Assembly: GCA_036381175.1 (NCBI GenBank)
Contig: DASVDI010000018.1
Coordinates: 67,921-131,920, forward strand
Source of the DNA: Gammaproteobacteria bacterium
Lineage (GTDB): Bacteria; Pseudomonadota; Gammaproteobacteria; Natronospirales; JAJUFS01
DNA: 64,000 nucleotides
Reading direction: 5' to 3'
Shown here piece by piece: positions 21,678 to 31,807 of this stretch. Each line of letters starts with the position of its first letter. Positions within the stretch are counted from its first letter, which is position 1. Below the pieces are notes generated by a model that ran no database searches, was not told where the DNA came from, and saw only the letters and a program-made list of their open reading frames with translations. The translations under genes and the position numbers were made by a program.

Positions 21678-22967
21678 TCAGTCGTCGGCGGCCGCCACCC
21701 GGGCGGTGTCGTCGTTGCTGTACATGATGTAGGGGCGTGTGTCGCCGTTGATGACGCCTTCGTCAACAACAACCTTTTCCACGCTCTGCATGGACGGCAT
21801 GTCGTACATCGTATCCAGCAGCACATGCTCGATTATGGTGCGCAAGCCGCGTGCTCCGGTCTTGCGATCCATGGCCTTGCGCGCGATGGCACGCAATCCG
21901 TCGTCACGAATGTCGAGATCGACGCCTTCCATGTCGAACAGCTTCCGGTACTGCTTGATGACCGCGTTCCTGGGCTCGACGAGAATCTTGACCAGCGCTT
22001 CCTCGTCCAGTTCTTCGAGCGTCGCGACCACCGGCAGGCGGCCAACGAACTCGGGAATGAGACCGAACTTGATCAAATCTTCAGGCTCGCAATCAACGAG
22101 GATCTCGCCAACGTTGCGGCTCGCATCGCGCGATTTCACATCCGCAACGAAACCGATGCCGCCTTTCACGGACCGGTCGCGAATGATCTTCTCGAGACCC
22201 GCGAACGCGCCGCCGCAGATGAAAAGAATGTTGCGGGTATCGACCTGCAGGAACTCCTGCTGCGGATGCTTGCGACCGCCCTGCGGCGGCACCGAGGCGA
22301 CCGTGCCCTCGATGAGTTTCAGCAGCGCCTGTTGCACGCCTTCGCCGGACACGTCGCGCGTGATCGACGGGTTGTCGGACTTGCGCGAGATCTTGTCGAT
22401 CTCGTCGATGTAGACAATGCCGGTCTGCGCCTTGTCGACGTCGTAATCGCACTTCTGCAACAGCTTCTGGATGATGTTCTCGACGTCTTCACCGACATAG
22501 CCCGCTTCGGTGAGCGTGGTCGCATCCGCAATCGTGAACGGCACATTGAGCAGGCGCGCGAGCGTTTCCGCCAGCAGCGTCTTGCCGGAACCGGTGGGAC
22601 CGATCAGCAGGATGTTCGACTTGGAAAGCTCGACCTCGTCCTTGTCTTTCGACGCGCGCGTCTCGAGGCGCTTGTAGTGGTTGTACACCGCCACCGACAG
22701 CACTTTCTTTGCGCGTTCCTGGCCGATCACGTACTGATCGAGCACGGATTTGATTTCCTGCGGCTTCGGCAGCTTGCTGTGCGCGTGGTCGGCCTGCTCC
22801 GCCATCTCCTCGCGGATGATGTCGTTGCAGAGCTCGACGCATTCGTCGCACACGAACACGGACGGGCCGGCGATGAGCTTGCGCACTTCGTGCTGGCTCT
22901 TTCCACAGAAGGAGCAGTACAGCAGCTTGCCGCCGTCCTCGTTTCCGCCGCGTGTTTCGTCAGTCAT
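21678..22967 (-). CDS. clpX: ATP-dependent Clp protease ATP-binding subunit ClpX
   Basis: Zinc finger [26 protein letters not shown], Walker A GPTGSGKT, and IGF-type loop context. Confidence 0.97.
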   Translation of the reverse strand: MTDETRGGNEDGGKLLYCSFCGKSQHEVRKLIAGPSVFVCDECVELCNDIIREEMAEQADHAHSKLPKPQEIKSVLDQYVIGQERAKKVLSVAVYNHYKRLETRASKDKDEVELSKSNILLIGPTGSGKTLLAETLARLLNVPFTIADATTLTEAGYVGEDVENIIQKLLQKCDYDVDKAQTGIVYIDEIDKISRKSDNPSITRDVSGEGVQQALLKLIEGTVASVPPQGGRKHPQQEFLQVDTRNILFICGGAFAGLEKIIRDRSVKGGIGFVADVKSRDASRNVGEILVDCEPEDLIKFGLIPEFVGRLPVVATLEELDEEALVKILVEPRNAVIKQYRKLFDMEGVDLDIRDDGLRAIARKAMDRKTGARGLRTIIEHVLLDTMYDMPSMQSVEKVVVDEGVINGDTRPYIMYSNDDTARVAAADD

Positions 22968-23079
22968 TTGTCACCTTGAATTCGACCTGAGCGGGCGGGC
23001 TCAGGGCATGTATAACACGTTGCCTTGAAGGCGCAAAACCCGGGCAATTTGGTCAATTTTGCACCAGATCGCCCCCGCT

Positions 23080-23718
23080 TCACGCCTTGCCGGGCCCCTG
23101 GCGCTGCCGGAGGACCGAATCGATCAGGCCGTACTCGATGGATTCATCACCACCCATGAACTTGTCCCTGTCCGTATCCTTTTCAATCTGTTCGATCGGC
23201 TGGCCGGTGTGCTTGGCGAGAATTTCATTGAGCCGCGCCTTGGTCGCCAGCACTTCGCGGGCATGAATGTCGATATCCGAGGCCTGGCCCTGGAAGCCGG
23301 CAAGCGGCTGGTGGATCATCACGCGCGAGTGCGGCAGTGCATAACGCTTGCCTTTCTCGCCTGCTGCCAGCAGCACCGCGCCCATGCTCGCGGCCTGCCC
23401 CACGCAGATGGTGCTGACGTTGGGCTTGATGAACTGCATGGTGTCGTAAACCGCGAGACCCGCCGTCACCGAGCCGCCAGGTGAGTTGATATATAAATGA
23501 ATGTCCTTGTCCGGATTCTCGGATTCAAGGAACAGGAGCTGCGCCACGATAAGGTTCGCCATGTGATCCTCGACCGTGCCCACGCAGAACACCACGCGAT
23601 CCTTCAGCAGGCGCGAAAAGATGTCATAGGAACGCTCGCCGCGCGCAGTCTGCTCAACGACGATGGGCACCAGGTTCATGGCGCGTGCATCGAGGGCGCC
23701 GAAATTTCCGTGGCTCAT
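23080..23718 (-). CDS. clpP: ATP-dependent Clp protease proteolytic subunit ClpP
   Basis: [45 protein letters not shown]. Confidence 0.97.
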   Translation of the reverse strand: MSHGNFGALDARAMNLVPIVVEQTARGERSYDIFSRLLKDRVVFCVGTVEDHMANLIVAQLLFLESENPDKDIHLYINSPGGSVTAGLAVYDTMQFIKPNVSTICVGQAASMGAVLLAAGEKGKRYALPHSRVMIHQPLAGFQGQASDIDIHAREVLATKARLNEILAKHTGQPIEQIEKDTDRDKFMGGDESIEYGLIDSVLRQRQGPGKA

Positions 23719-23761
23719 GGTTTTACCTCTTTGACAATAATCTTTTTCAGGATCGCGGGAA

Positions 23762-25075
23762 TCACTGGCCCGAATTCTGGGCCGGGTTCATGATCTCGTC
23801 GAAGCTGGCCGCCTTTTCCTTGATGGTAGCCTTTTCGAGCAGCAAATCGACAGCCTGCTCTTCCAGCGCCATCGCTTCCACTTGCCGCATGACTTGCGGG
23901 TTCTGCTGGTAGCTGCGAATGGCTTCGGCCGGATCAGGATAATTCGCCGCCGCGTCTTCAAGCAGCGCGCTTACCTTTTCCTTCGACGCCTTGAGTTCCC
24001 GGCTCTTGATGAACTCGCCCAGCAACAGGCCGAGCGCCACGCGCTTGCGGGCCGGTTCCTCGAACAGGTCACGCGGCAACTGGTGCGGATCGGCCTTGTC
24101 GCCCATGCCCATCCGCTTGGCCATGTCGTGCTGCATGGTGTGGATTTCCTCGTCGACCAGCGCGTTCGGCAGGTCGATCTTGTTCGCCTCGACCAGCGCG
24201 TCCAGCAACCGTTCCTTGCCCTGCTTGCGCAGCGCGGCTTCCAGCTCGCGCTGCATGTGCGCACGCACATCCTCGCGCAACTTCTCGATACCGCCCTCGG
24301 CAACACCGAACTGCTTGCAGAATTCTTCGTCCAGTTCCGGCAAGCGGAGTTCCTGGACCTCATGAACCTTCACAGTGAATTTCACTTTCTGGCCCTTGAG
24401 ATCGTCGGCGTGATAATCCTTCGGGAATTTCACATCGAAGGTCTTCTCGTCGCCTGCGGCAACGCCGGTCAGATTCTTTTCGAAATCCTCGACCATGCGG
24501 CCCTCGCCCAGCTCCACGGGCATCTTCTCGCCCTTGTTGCCGGGGAAATCCTCACCCTTGAGCTTGCCCTCGAAGTCGATCATGACGCGATCGCCAAGCT
24601 TCGCTGCGCGTTCGGCGGTTTCCCAATCGCCGCGCTGCTTGCGCATCTTCTCGATCATCGCCTCGACATCGCGGTCGGCAACTTCCGCCGTGGCACGTTC
24701 GATCTTCAGCCCTTCGGTTTTCTTCAGCGTCACCTCCGGATAGACCTCGAAGGTTGCCGTGTAGCGCAAACCCTCACCCGGCTCCATGCTGACCGGGTCG
24801 ATCGCGGGCGTTCCCGCAGGACGCAATTTTTCCTGCTGCAAGGCTTCGCCGTAAGTCTGGCGCAGGAGGTCCTGCAGCACATCCTCGCGCGCTTGCGGGC
24901 CGTATTGCTGGCGAATCACGCTGAATGGCACCTTGCCAGGGCGAAAACCCTTGACCTTGGCAGTGCGCCCGAGGCGGCGCAGCCGGCCATCGACTTCGTT
25001 CTCGACCCGCTCGGCGGGAACATGCACCGTCATCTTGCGTTCCAGGCCCTTGGTGGCCTCGACGGAAACCTGCAT
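23762..25075 (-). CDS. tig: Trigger factor
   Basis: ORF trimmed to [24 protein letters not shown]. It has GFRPGKVP and a central FKBP-like domain. Confidence 0.95.
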   Translation of the reverse strand: MQVSVEATKGLERKMTVHVPAERVENEVDGRLRRLGRTAKVKGFRPGKVPFSVIRQQYGPQAREDVLQDLLRQTYGEALQQEKLRPAGTPAIDPVSMEPGEGLRYTATFEVYPEVTLKKTEGLKIERATAEVADRDVEAMIEKMRKQRGDWETAERAAKLGDRVMIDFEGKLKGEDFPGNKGEKMPVELGEGRMVEDFEKNLTGVAAGDEKTFDVKFPKDYHADDLKGQKVKFTVKVHEVQELRLPELDEEFCKQFGVAEGGIEKLREDVRAHMQRELEAALRKQGKERLLDALVEANKIDLPNALVDEEIHTMQHDMAKRMGMGDKADPHQLPRDLFEEPARKRVALGLLLGEFIKSRELKASKEKVSALLEDAAANYPDPAEAIRSYQQNPQVMRQVEAMALEEQAVDLLLEKATIKEKAASFDEIMNPAQNSGQ

Positions 25076-25135
25076 TGCATCAACTCCTGAATTATTAATA
25101 ATGCGCGGCGACACTGCCATGGAATGAAGCACTTA

Positions 25136-25220
25136 TGGTGCGAAAGGAGAGACTCGAACTCTCACCCCTTGCGGGACCGGGACCTAAACCCGGCGCGTCT
25201 ACCAATTCCGCCACTTTCGC
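25136..25220 (-). tRNA. tRNA-Leu (anticodon UAG)
   Basis: Reverse complement is GCGAAAGTGGCGGAATTGGTAGACGCGCCGGGTTTAGGTCCCGGTCCCGCAAGGGGTGAGAGTTCGAGTCTCTCCTTTCGCACCA. It has the long variable arm. Confidence 0.93.
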
Positions 25221-25259
25221 TTCAAACCTGGCATGGACCAACGCCGCCGAAAACCGGAC

Positions 25260-25265
25260 ATTATA
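25260..25265 (-). promoter_or_regulatory. Perfect -10 hexamer (TATAAT) upstream of tRNA-Leu/tig. The -35 element is unclear.
   Basis: Minus strand reads cccgTATAATgtcc, 40 nt before the tRNA-Leu 5' end. The best -35-like hexamer (CTGACG) is 20 nt away, outside the usual spacing. Confidence 0.3.
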
Positions 25266-25373
25266 CGGGAATTTCTCACGCCAGCCGTCAGGTGTGGCGT
25301 CTCGATTGTTGCGGGACGGGAGCATTTCGGGGTCGGAGAACCCGAAAAGAAACCCTTGATTTACAAGCACTTG

Positions 25374-25413
25374 AAAACAAAACGCCCGACGCAGACGATC
25401 TGCAAGCCGGGCG
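25374..25413 (-). terminator. Rho-independent terminator after tRNA-Lys
   Basis: Minus strand reads CGCCCGgcttGCAGatcgtCTGCgtCGGGCG followed by TTTTGTTTT. Confidence 0.6.
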
Positions 25414-25418
25414 GAGTG

Positions 25419-25494
<76 letters not shown>

Positions 25495-25526
25495 TTGAAC
25501 CGTCACCGGCAGGGACCGGTGAAAAA

Positions 25527-25603
25527 TGGGGTGGACGATGGGGCTCGAACCCACGACAACCGGAATCACAATCCGGGGCTCTACCAACTGAGCTACGCCC
25601 ACC
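25527..25603 (-). tRNA. tRNA-His (anticodon GUG), with encoded G-1
   Basis: Reverse complement is GGTGGGCGTAGCTCAGTTGGTAGAGCCCCGGATTGTGATTCCGGTTGTCGTGGGTTCGAGCCCCATCGTCCACCCCA. Confidence 0.95.
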
Positions 25604-25639
25604 ACTGAAATCGTTGCGCGATTCTCGCGCATGGGGCAA

Positions 25640-25716
25640 TGGTGCGCCCGGCAGGAATCGAACCTGCAACCCCCGGCTTAGAAGGCCGGTGCTCTATCCG
25701 ATTGAGCTACGGGCGC
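25640..25716 (-). tRNA. tRNA-Arg (anticodon UCU)
   Basis: Reverse complement is GCGCCCGTAGCTCAATCGGATAGAGCACCGGCCTTCTAAGCCGGGGGTTGCAGGTTCGATTCCTGCCGGGCGCACCA. Confidence 0.93.
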
Positions 25717-25749
25717 AGTTCATCGCCGGGTCTCTTCCTGAGAAGGTAT

Positions 25750-25826
<77 letters not shown>

Positions 25827-25866
25827 CACACTTCGCGGCGGCCCGAAGCCCCGCGCAAGGCGGGGA

Positions 25867-25895
25867 ATAATACGGACGCCCACAAACCGCGTCAA
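25867..25895 (-). promoter_or_regulatory. Sigma70 promoter of the tRNA Pro-Arg-His-Lys operon
   Basis: Minus strand reads TTGACG-17 nt-TATTAT followed by a GC-rich discriminator (tccccgcc). It ends about 40 nt before the tRNA-Pro 5' end. Confidence 0.6.
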
Positions 25896-25950
25896 CGCAT
25901 TTTAGCAGACAAACATGCACGCTTCCCCCAAGCACGCGCCGCGCGAATTC

Positions 25951-25979
25951 TTGAGACACCCCTGAGCGCGTGCGACAAT
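25951..25979 (+). promoter_or_regulatory. Candidate sigma70 promoter for folD, divergent from the tRNA operon promoter
   Basis: TTGAGA-17 nt-GACAAT, ending 35 nt upstream of the folD ATG. Confidence 0.45.
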
Positions 25980-26014
25980 CCGCGCCTCCCCGCACCGCAA
26001 CGGAACCGTCTTCC

Positions 26015-26875
26015 ATGAGCGCGAAACGCATCGATGGCAAATTGCTGGCGAAATCCATTCGCAATGACGTTCGCCAGGCCGTCGAAGCCCGCCGCAACGA
26101 TGGCAAGCGCGTTCCCGGCCTCGCCGTTGTGCTCGTCGGCAGTGATGCCGCATCGCAGGTCTACGTGACGCACAAGCGCAACGACTGCGAGGAAGTCGGC
26201 ATTCGCTCCTTTGCCTATGACCTTCCGGCATCGACAGGCCAGGCCGAACTTCTCGCGCTCATCGACCGGCTGAACGACGATGCGGCGGTCGACGGCATCC
26301 TGGTGCAACTGCCGTTGCCGAAGCAGATCGACAGCGTCGCGGTCATCGAACGCATCCGCACCGACAAGGACGTGGACGGATTTCATCCCTACAACGTCGG
26401 CCGCCTGGCGCAACGCATTCCGAAGTTGCGTCCGTGCACGCCGCTCGGCGTGATTCGCCTGCTGGAATCCATCGGCGAAACCTTCAAGGGCCGCAATGCG
26501 GTCGTCGTCGGCGCGTCCAACATCGTCGGTCGGCCGATGGCGCTGGAATTGCTGCTCGCGGGATCGACGGTGACCATCTGTCACCGCTTCACGTCCGATC
26601 TCGCCGATCACATTGCTCGCGCCGATATTGTTGTTGTCGGCGTCGGCAAGCCCGGGCTGGTGAAAGGCGAATGGATCAAGCCGAATGCTACCGTGATCGA
26701 TGTCGGCATCAACCGCAATGCGGATGGCCGGCTGGTCGGTGACGTGGAATTCGATGCGGCGTGTGAACGTGCTGCGTGGATCACGCCCGTTCCCGGCGGT
26801 GTCGGACCGATGACACGCGCGATGCTGCTGATGAACACGATGGATGCGGCGCGCGAACACGACGCCGCGGACTGA
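26015..26875 (+). CDS. folD: Bifunctional methylenetetrahydrofolate dehydrogenase/cyclohydrolase FolD
   Basis: ORF trimmed to [16 protein letters not shown]. Seen: [42 protein letters not shown]. Confidence 0.93.
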   Translation: MSAKRIDGKLLAKSIRNDVRQAVEARRNDGKRVPGLAVVLVGSDAASQVYVTHKRNDCEEVGIRSFAYDLPASTGQAELLALIDRLNDDAAVDGILVQLPLPKQIDSVAVIERIRTDKDVDGFHPYNVGRLAQRIPKLRPCTPLGVIRLLESIGETFKGRNAVVVGASNIVGRPMALELLLAGSTVTICHRFTSDLADHIARADIVVVGVGKPGLVKGEWIKPNATVIDVGINRNADGRLVGDVEFDAACERAAWITPVPGGVGPMTRAMLLMNTMDAAREHDAAD

Positions 26876-28243
26876 TTACTGTCGGCGCCAGGTTGTCCCG
26901 CCGGCGCCATCCTCAAGCACGATTCCTTCCGCCTGCAACTGATCGCGAATCCGATCGGCTTCCGCAAAATCCTTCGAGTTGCGTGCCGTGTTGCGCGCCT
27001 CGATCAGTTTCTCGATGTGCGCATCGTCATCCGACGCATCGCCACGCAACCAGGTTTCAGGATCCTGCTGCAGGATCCCGAGCACCCCACCCAGCCGGCG
27101 CAACTCACCACGCAACCCGGTCTTGTGGTTTTCGTCTTCGCTTGAATTGATGGCGGTTGCCAGTTCGTACAACACCGCCATCGCCTGCGGCGTATTGAAA
27201 TCATCATCCATGACTTCAAAAAACCGCTGCGTGAATTCGGTTTCGCGGCTTTCGCGAATTCCACCGCGCAATGCCAGGTAAAGACGTTCGACGCTTGCCT
27301 TCGCCTTGTCGAGATTCTCGTTCGAATAATTGAGCGGGCTGCGGTAATGGCTCGACAACAGGAATACGCGCAGCACTTCGGCGCGGTAATGTTTCAGCAC
27401 ATCGCGAATGGTGAAGAAATTGCCGAGCGACTTCGACATTTTTTCTTCATCGATATTCACGAAGCCGTTATGCATCCAGACCTTCACGAATTTCGTGTCG
27501 TGCGCGCCGCAGGTCTGCGCAATCTCGTTCTCATGATGCGGAAACTTGAGATCCATGCCGCCGCCATGAATATCGAAGGTATCGCCGAGGCATTTCCTGG
27601 ACATCGCGGAGCACTCGATGTGCCAGCCTGGACGGCCTTTTCCCCAAGGCGAATCCCAGCTCGGCTCACCCGGCTTCGCCGCCTTCCAGAGCACGAAATC
27701 AAGCGGATCCTGCTTGGCTTCATCAACTTCCACGCGTGCGCCCGCACGCAGATCTTCCAGTCGTTTGCCGGAGAGCCGCCCGTAATCCGAAAATTCCGAG
27801 ACGTCGTAATACACGTCGCCGTTCGCAGCCGGATACGCCTTGTTGTTCGCGATCAATCTCTCGATCATCGCGATCATTTCCGGCATGTAGCCGGTCGCGC
27901 GCGGTTCACGATCCGGCCGCAGGATTCCGAGCGCGTCGAAATCCTCGTGCATCGCGTCGATGAAACGTTGCGTGAGCGAATCGATCGCTTCGTTGTTTTC
28001 TGCAGCCCGCCGGATGATCTTGTCATCGACATCCGTGATGTTGCGCACGTACTCCACGTCATAACCGCGCGCACGCAGGTAACGAACAACAAGATCAAAC
28101 ACCACGTAACAACGCGCATGACCGACGTGACAGAAGTCATAAACGGTCACACCGCAGACGTACATGCGCACCTTGCCCGCCTCCAGCGGCCGGAACACTT
28201 CTTTACGGCGCGTCAACGAATTATGGATTTTCAGTTCGCTCAT
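26876..28243 (-). CDS. cysS: Cysteinyl-tRNA synthetase
   Basis: [20 protein letters not shown] (HIGH-type), KMSKSLGN, and a C-terminal DALR-like region. Its stop abuts the folD stop with zero spacer. Confidence 0.95.
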   Translation of the reverse strand: MSELKIHNSLTRRKEVFRPLEAGKVRMYVCGVTVYDFCHVGHARCYVVFDLVVRYLRARGYDVEYVRNITDVDDKIIRRAAENNEAIDSLTQRFIDAMHEDFDALGILRPDREPRATGYMPEMIAMIERLIANNKAYPAANGDVYYDVSEFSDYGRLSGKRLEDLRAGARVEVDEAKQDPLDFVLWKAAKPGEPSWDSPWGKGRPGWHIECSAMSRKCLGDTFDIHGGGMDLKFPHHENEIAQTCGAHDTKFVKVWMHNGFVNIDEEKMSKSLGNFFTIRDVLKHYRAEVLRVFLLSSHYRSPLNYSNENLDKAKASVERLYLALRGGIRESRETEFTQRFFEVMDDDFNTPQAMAVLYELATAINSSEDENHKTGLRGELRRLGGVLGILQQDPETWLRGDASDDDAHIEKLIEARNTARNSKDFAEADRIRDQLQAEGIVLEDGAGGTTWRRQ

Positions 28244-29670
28244 GACTTGTCCGCGATCTCTGCTGCGTGCGCCAGGCGTGCGCGAATTTTTTCCTTGCCG
28301 AGCAACTGCCAGAGGCGCGCCATTTCCGGTCCGTGAGTTTCACCGCTGAATGCCGCACGCAGCGGCATGAACAATGCCTTGCCCTTCTGACCAGTTTTTC
28401 CGCCAACGGCTTTTGAAAATTCGCTGAACGTCTCAGCATCGTCGAGCAAGGCAGCGGCGTCTCGAAAAAATGACCCGCCAGCTTCGGCAATCACCGCAAT
28501 GACGTCGGCATCGTTGCCAATGTCATTTCCCAGCAGGCGTTCCGCCATGCGTTCGGCATCCACGGGCAAGGCGACGTTGTCGCGCACAGCCAAGGTGAAC
28601 GCACGGCGCGCATCGGCATCAAGCGCCGTGAAAAGCGGTCCCGCGTGCACCAGCAGCCACGCTTCGAAGTCATCGTCGGTGAGACGCAGCATCGCTTCTT
28701 TCTGCCAGTGCCGCAGCTGGCCGGGATCGTATTTCGCGGGTGCGCGGCCGAAACGGTTCACGTCGAAGTCCGCCGCGAGTTCTTCCAGGCTGCGGAATTT
28801 TTCTTCCGCATAGCCGTGACCGAGACGCGCGAGATAATTCGCAAGCGCAAGCGGCAGGTAGCCGTGATCGCGCAGATCGGCGAGTCCGAGACTACCGAGG
28901 CGTTTCGACAGCGGCCCGCCATCGCTGTCGAGTACCAGTGGAAAATGTCCGTAACGCGGCGACGGCAGGTTCAACGCGCGCGACAGCAATATCTGCCGCG
29001 GCGTGTTCGCGAGATGATCTTCACCGCGCAAGGCGTGCGTCACGCCCATCAAGGCGTCGTCAACGGCATTCGAGAAAAAGAACGAAGGCGTGCCGTCGGT
29101 GCGGCGAATAACGAAATCTCCGATGTCGCCGGTAGCGAAACGCTGTTCACCGCGCACGATGTCATCGAAGCTGACCGTCTCATTGCTCGGTACGCGAAAC
29201 CGCAAGGTCGCCTTCTTGCCCGCGGCAAACCGGCTTTCCACCTCATCGCGGGAAAGATTTGCGCAGGTGCCGGCATAACGCGGCGGCTTGCCTGCGGCGA
29301 GCAACGTCTTGCGCGCCAGCTTCAATGACTCCTGCGAGCAGAAGCAGGGATACGCAAGATTCGCGTCTTCGAGCTGCCGGTAATATTCGTCGTAAATTAC
29401 CTGGCGCTCGGACTGCCGGTACGGCGCGTGCGGACCGCCGGTGTCGGGCCCCTGTCGCCAGTCCAGCCCCAGCCAGCGCAATTCCTCGAATATTCCCTGC
29501 TCGAAATCGGCGCGTGAACGTTCGCGGTCGGTATCTTCCAGCCGCAGGATCATCTCGCCGCCTGTGCGGCGCGCGAGCAGGCCGTTGAACAACGCGGTGC
29601 GCGCGTTGCCGATGTGCAGGCGGCCCGTAGGAGACGGCGCGAAACGGGTGATAGTGGAGTTGGCGGTCAT
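28240..29670 (-). CDS. gltX: Second, divergent full-length glutamyl-tRNA synthetase paralogue (GluRS2-like)
   Basis: ORF trimmed to [28 protein letters not shown]. Seen: [14 protein letters not shown]...C motif, [10 protein letters not shown] (KMSKS-like), and a C-terminal [21 protein letters not shown] typical of full-length GluRS, so not the short GluQRS type. Its stop overlaps the cysS ATG (ATGA). Confidence 0.85.
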   Translation of the reverse strand: MTANSTITRFAPSPTGRLHIGNARTALFNGLLARRTGGEMILRLEDTDRERSRADFEQGIFEELRWLGLDWRQGPDTGGPHAPYRQSERQVIYDEYYRQLEDANLAYPCFCSQESLKLARKTLLAAGKPPRYAGTCANLSRDEVESRFAAGKKATLRFRVPSNETVSFDDIVRGEQRFATGDIGDFVIRRTDGTPSFFFSNAVDDALMGVTHALRGEDHLANTPRQILLSRALNLPSPRYGHFPLVLDSDGGPLSKRLGSLGLADLRDHGYLPLALANYLARLGHGYAEEKFRSLEELAADFDVNRFGRAPAKYDPGQLRHWQKEAMLRLTDDDFEAWLLVHAGPLFTALDADARRAFTLAVRDNVALPVDAERMAERLLGNDIGNDADVIAVIAEAGGSFFRDAAALLDDAETFSEFSKAVGGKTGQKGKALFMPLRAAFSGETHGPEMARLWQLLGKEKIRARLAHAAEIADKS

Positions 29671-29786
29671 GGCGCGCAATCTTACCAGACCCGGCTTGCG
29701 CGATTGCGAAGAGGTTTGCGCCACCGCCGTCAGCCGATATCATGCGCGAACGAATCGGCACGATGCCTCTTTAATAAGGAGTGGTC

Positions 29787-30440
29787 ATGAAAAGAATTCT
29801 TGCTCTCGCGCTGCTGGCGTTCGCACCCGCCACCGCGCTTGCTGGCGACGCGCCTGCTGCGGACACGGCGGCCGCGACGGAACCGGTCTTCGTGAAACTC
29901 GCAACCAGTGATGGCGATATCTTTCTCGAACTCGATCGAGAAAAGGCGCCGGTGACCGTGGCGAACTTCGTGCAGTACGTGAAAGACGGGCATTTTGACG
30001 GCACGATCTTCCATCGCGTCATTCCCGGTTTCGTCGCCCAGGGCGGCGGCTACACCGTGGATTTCACGGAGAAGCCGACGCGCGAGCCGATCCAGAATGA
30101 ATCGAAGAACGGCCTTCACAACCTGCGCGGAACGATTGCGATGGCGCGCACGCCGGATCCGCATTCGGCAACGTCACAGTGGTACATCAACCTGGTCGAC
30201 AATCCCAAGCTCAACGGCAGTGATTTCAAATGGGGTTATGCGGTGTTCGGAAAGGTCGTTCGCGGCATGGATGTAGTCGACGAGATCGCGCTGGTTCCGA
30301 CCGGCCCCGCGGGACCGTTCGAAAGCGACGTGCCGTTCCGTCCCGTCGTCGTAAAACAGGCCCTGATCATCGATGCACTGCCGCCCGAAGACGCGCCTGC
30401 CAATAATCCTGCAAATGACAAGGGCAAGGCGGCGGAGTGA
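29787..30440 (+). CDS. ppiA: Periplasmic cyclophilin-type peptidyl-prolyl isomerase (PpiA-like)
   Basis: ATG 5 nt after AAGGAG, signal peptide MKRILALALLAFAPATALA, and FHRVIPGFVAQGGG, SQWYINL. Confidence 0.9.
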   Translation: MKRILALALLAFAPATALAGDAPAADTAAATEPVFVKLATSDGDIFLELDREKAPVTVANFVQYVKDGHFDGTIFHRVIPGFVAQGGGYTVDFTEKPTREPIQNESKNGLHNLRGTIAMARTPDPHSATSQWYINLVDNPKLNGSDFKWGYAVFGKVVRGMDVVDEIALVPTGPAGPFESDVPFRPVVVKQALIIDALPPEDAPANNPANDKGKAAE

Positions 30441-31159
30441 GACGCGTCCTGTTCATTTCCGACCTGCACCTCGATGCCGCGAGGCCCGGGGCGACGGAAC
30501 TGTTCCTCACGTTTCTTCGCGAGACCGCGAGCGACGCGGATGCACTTTACATTCTTGGTGACCTGTTCGAAGCCTGGATCGGCGATGACGATACTGACCC
30601 GCATCACGCGCGCGTGCAGGATGGCTTGCGCGCGCTGACAGATGGCGGCGTCGCGGGTTATTTCATGCACGGCAACCGCGATTTTCTCATCGGCAAACAA
30701 TTTTCGGAACGAACCGGTTTCACGCTGCTCGGCGATCCCGCGGTCATTGACCTGTTCGGCCAGCGCACCCTGCTGATGCATGGCGACACGCTGTGTACTG
30801 ACGACGTGAATTACCAGAAAGTACGAACGATGTTTCGTGATCCCGCCTGGCAGCAGGAATTCCTGGCGAAGTCGATCGACGCGCGACAGCACTTCGCGAA
30901 TTCGGCGCGCGCCGAAAGCAAGGCAGCCCAAGCCGGTCTCGCCATGGACATCATGGACGTGAACCGTGATGCCGTGGACGCCGCATTTCTCGAACACGAT
31001 CTTGCGCGGCTGATTCACGGTCACACGCATCGTCCCGGCGTGCAGACGTATTTGCTCGAAGGCAAACCGCGGCAGCGCATTGTTCTCGGTGACTGGTACG
31101 AGCAAGGCAGCGTGCTGACAGCGACGGCGCACGGATTGAGCCTGACGACGCTGACGTAG
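30437..31159 (+). CDS. lpxH: UDP-2,3-diacylglucosamine diphosphatase LpxH
   Basis: GTG start overlapping the ppiA stop (GTGA). Seen: FISDLHLD, GDLFEAWIGDDD, HGNRDFL, GHTHRP. Confidence 0.9.
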   Translation: MRRVLFISDLHLDAARPGATELFLTFLRETASDADALYILGDLFEAWIGDDDTDPHHARVQDGLRALTDGGVAGYFMHGNRDFLIGKQFSERTGFTLLGDPAVIDLFGQRTLLMHGDTLCTDDVNYQKVRTMFRDPAWQQEFLAKSIDARQHFANSARAESKAAQAGLAMDIMDVNRDAVDAAFLEHDLARLIHGHTHRPGVQTYLLEGKPRQRIVLGDWYEQGSVLTATAHGLSLTTLT

Positions 31160-31205
31160 GAGCGCCTTCAGGCGCGAAACTGTTCGCGCCTGAAGGCGCT
31201 CCTAC
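31156..31205. repeat. REP doublet (REPIN-like inverted pair), GTAG-headed
   Basis: GTAGGAGCGCCTTCAGGCGCGAA-actg-TTCGCGCCTGAAGGCGCTCCTAC. Each arm has its own GCGCC-ttca-GGCGC hairpin. The same arms recur at 59307..59362. Confidence 0.8.
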
Positions 31206-31807
31206 AATGGTGGTCCGCTGTGAAAACGCAGCTCGGTATCTGGCGTCGAATTCAATTCCGCTTCCACTTCCCGGAAAAATTCCACCCGCCCCGAAATGTC
31301 CCCGTCGGCGAATTCCTCCGCGAGTTCCAGGTAATGCCGGAAATGCCGTGACTCCGATTCACACAAGCCGAGATAGAACGCGGCGATCTCGCGATCATCC
31401 AGCGCCGGCGCGAGCGCCTGGAAGCGTTCACAGGAACGCGCTTCGATGAACGCACCGATGACAAGAATATCCACCAGCTTCGCAGGCTCATGCGTTCGCG
31501 CCTGCTTGCGCAAGCCATCCGCGTAACGCGATGGGCTCAGATGCCGATAAGCAACACCACGCTTTTCCATGAGCTTCAACACCTGCTCGAAATGCCGCAA
31601 CTCCTCGCGCGCCAAGCGCGACATCCGATGCACGAGTCGCGAATGTTCCGGGTAACGAAACAACAACTGCAACGCGGATGACGCGGCCTTCTTTTCGCAA
31701 TGCGCGTGGTCCACGAGTATCAGCGGCAGGTTCGCGCAAGCCGCACCCACCCACGCCTCCGGCGTCGGCGCCGCAAGAAACTGAGAAATGCTTTCGGAAT
31801 TTTTCAT
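31202..31807 (-). CDS. miaE: tRNA-(ms2io6A)-hydroxylase MiaE
   Basis: ORF trimmed to MKNSESISQFLAAPTPEAW. Seen: DHAHCEKKAA, EELRHF, IEARSCERF, ESRHF, and the C-terminal RFHSG typical of MiaE. Confidence 0.85.
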   Translation of the reverse strand: MKNSESISQFLAAPTPEAWVGAACANLPLILVDHAHCEKKAASSALQLLFRYPEHSRLVHRMSRLAREELRHFEQVLKLMEKRGVAYRHLSPSRYADGLRKQARTHEPAKLVDILVIGAFIEARSCERFQALAPALDDREIAAFYLGLCESESRHFRHYLELAEEFADGDISGRVEFFREVEAELNSTPDTELRFHSGPPL

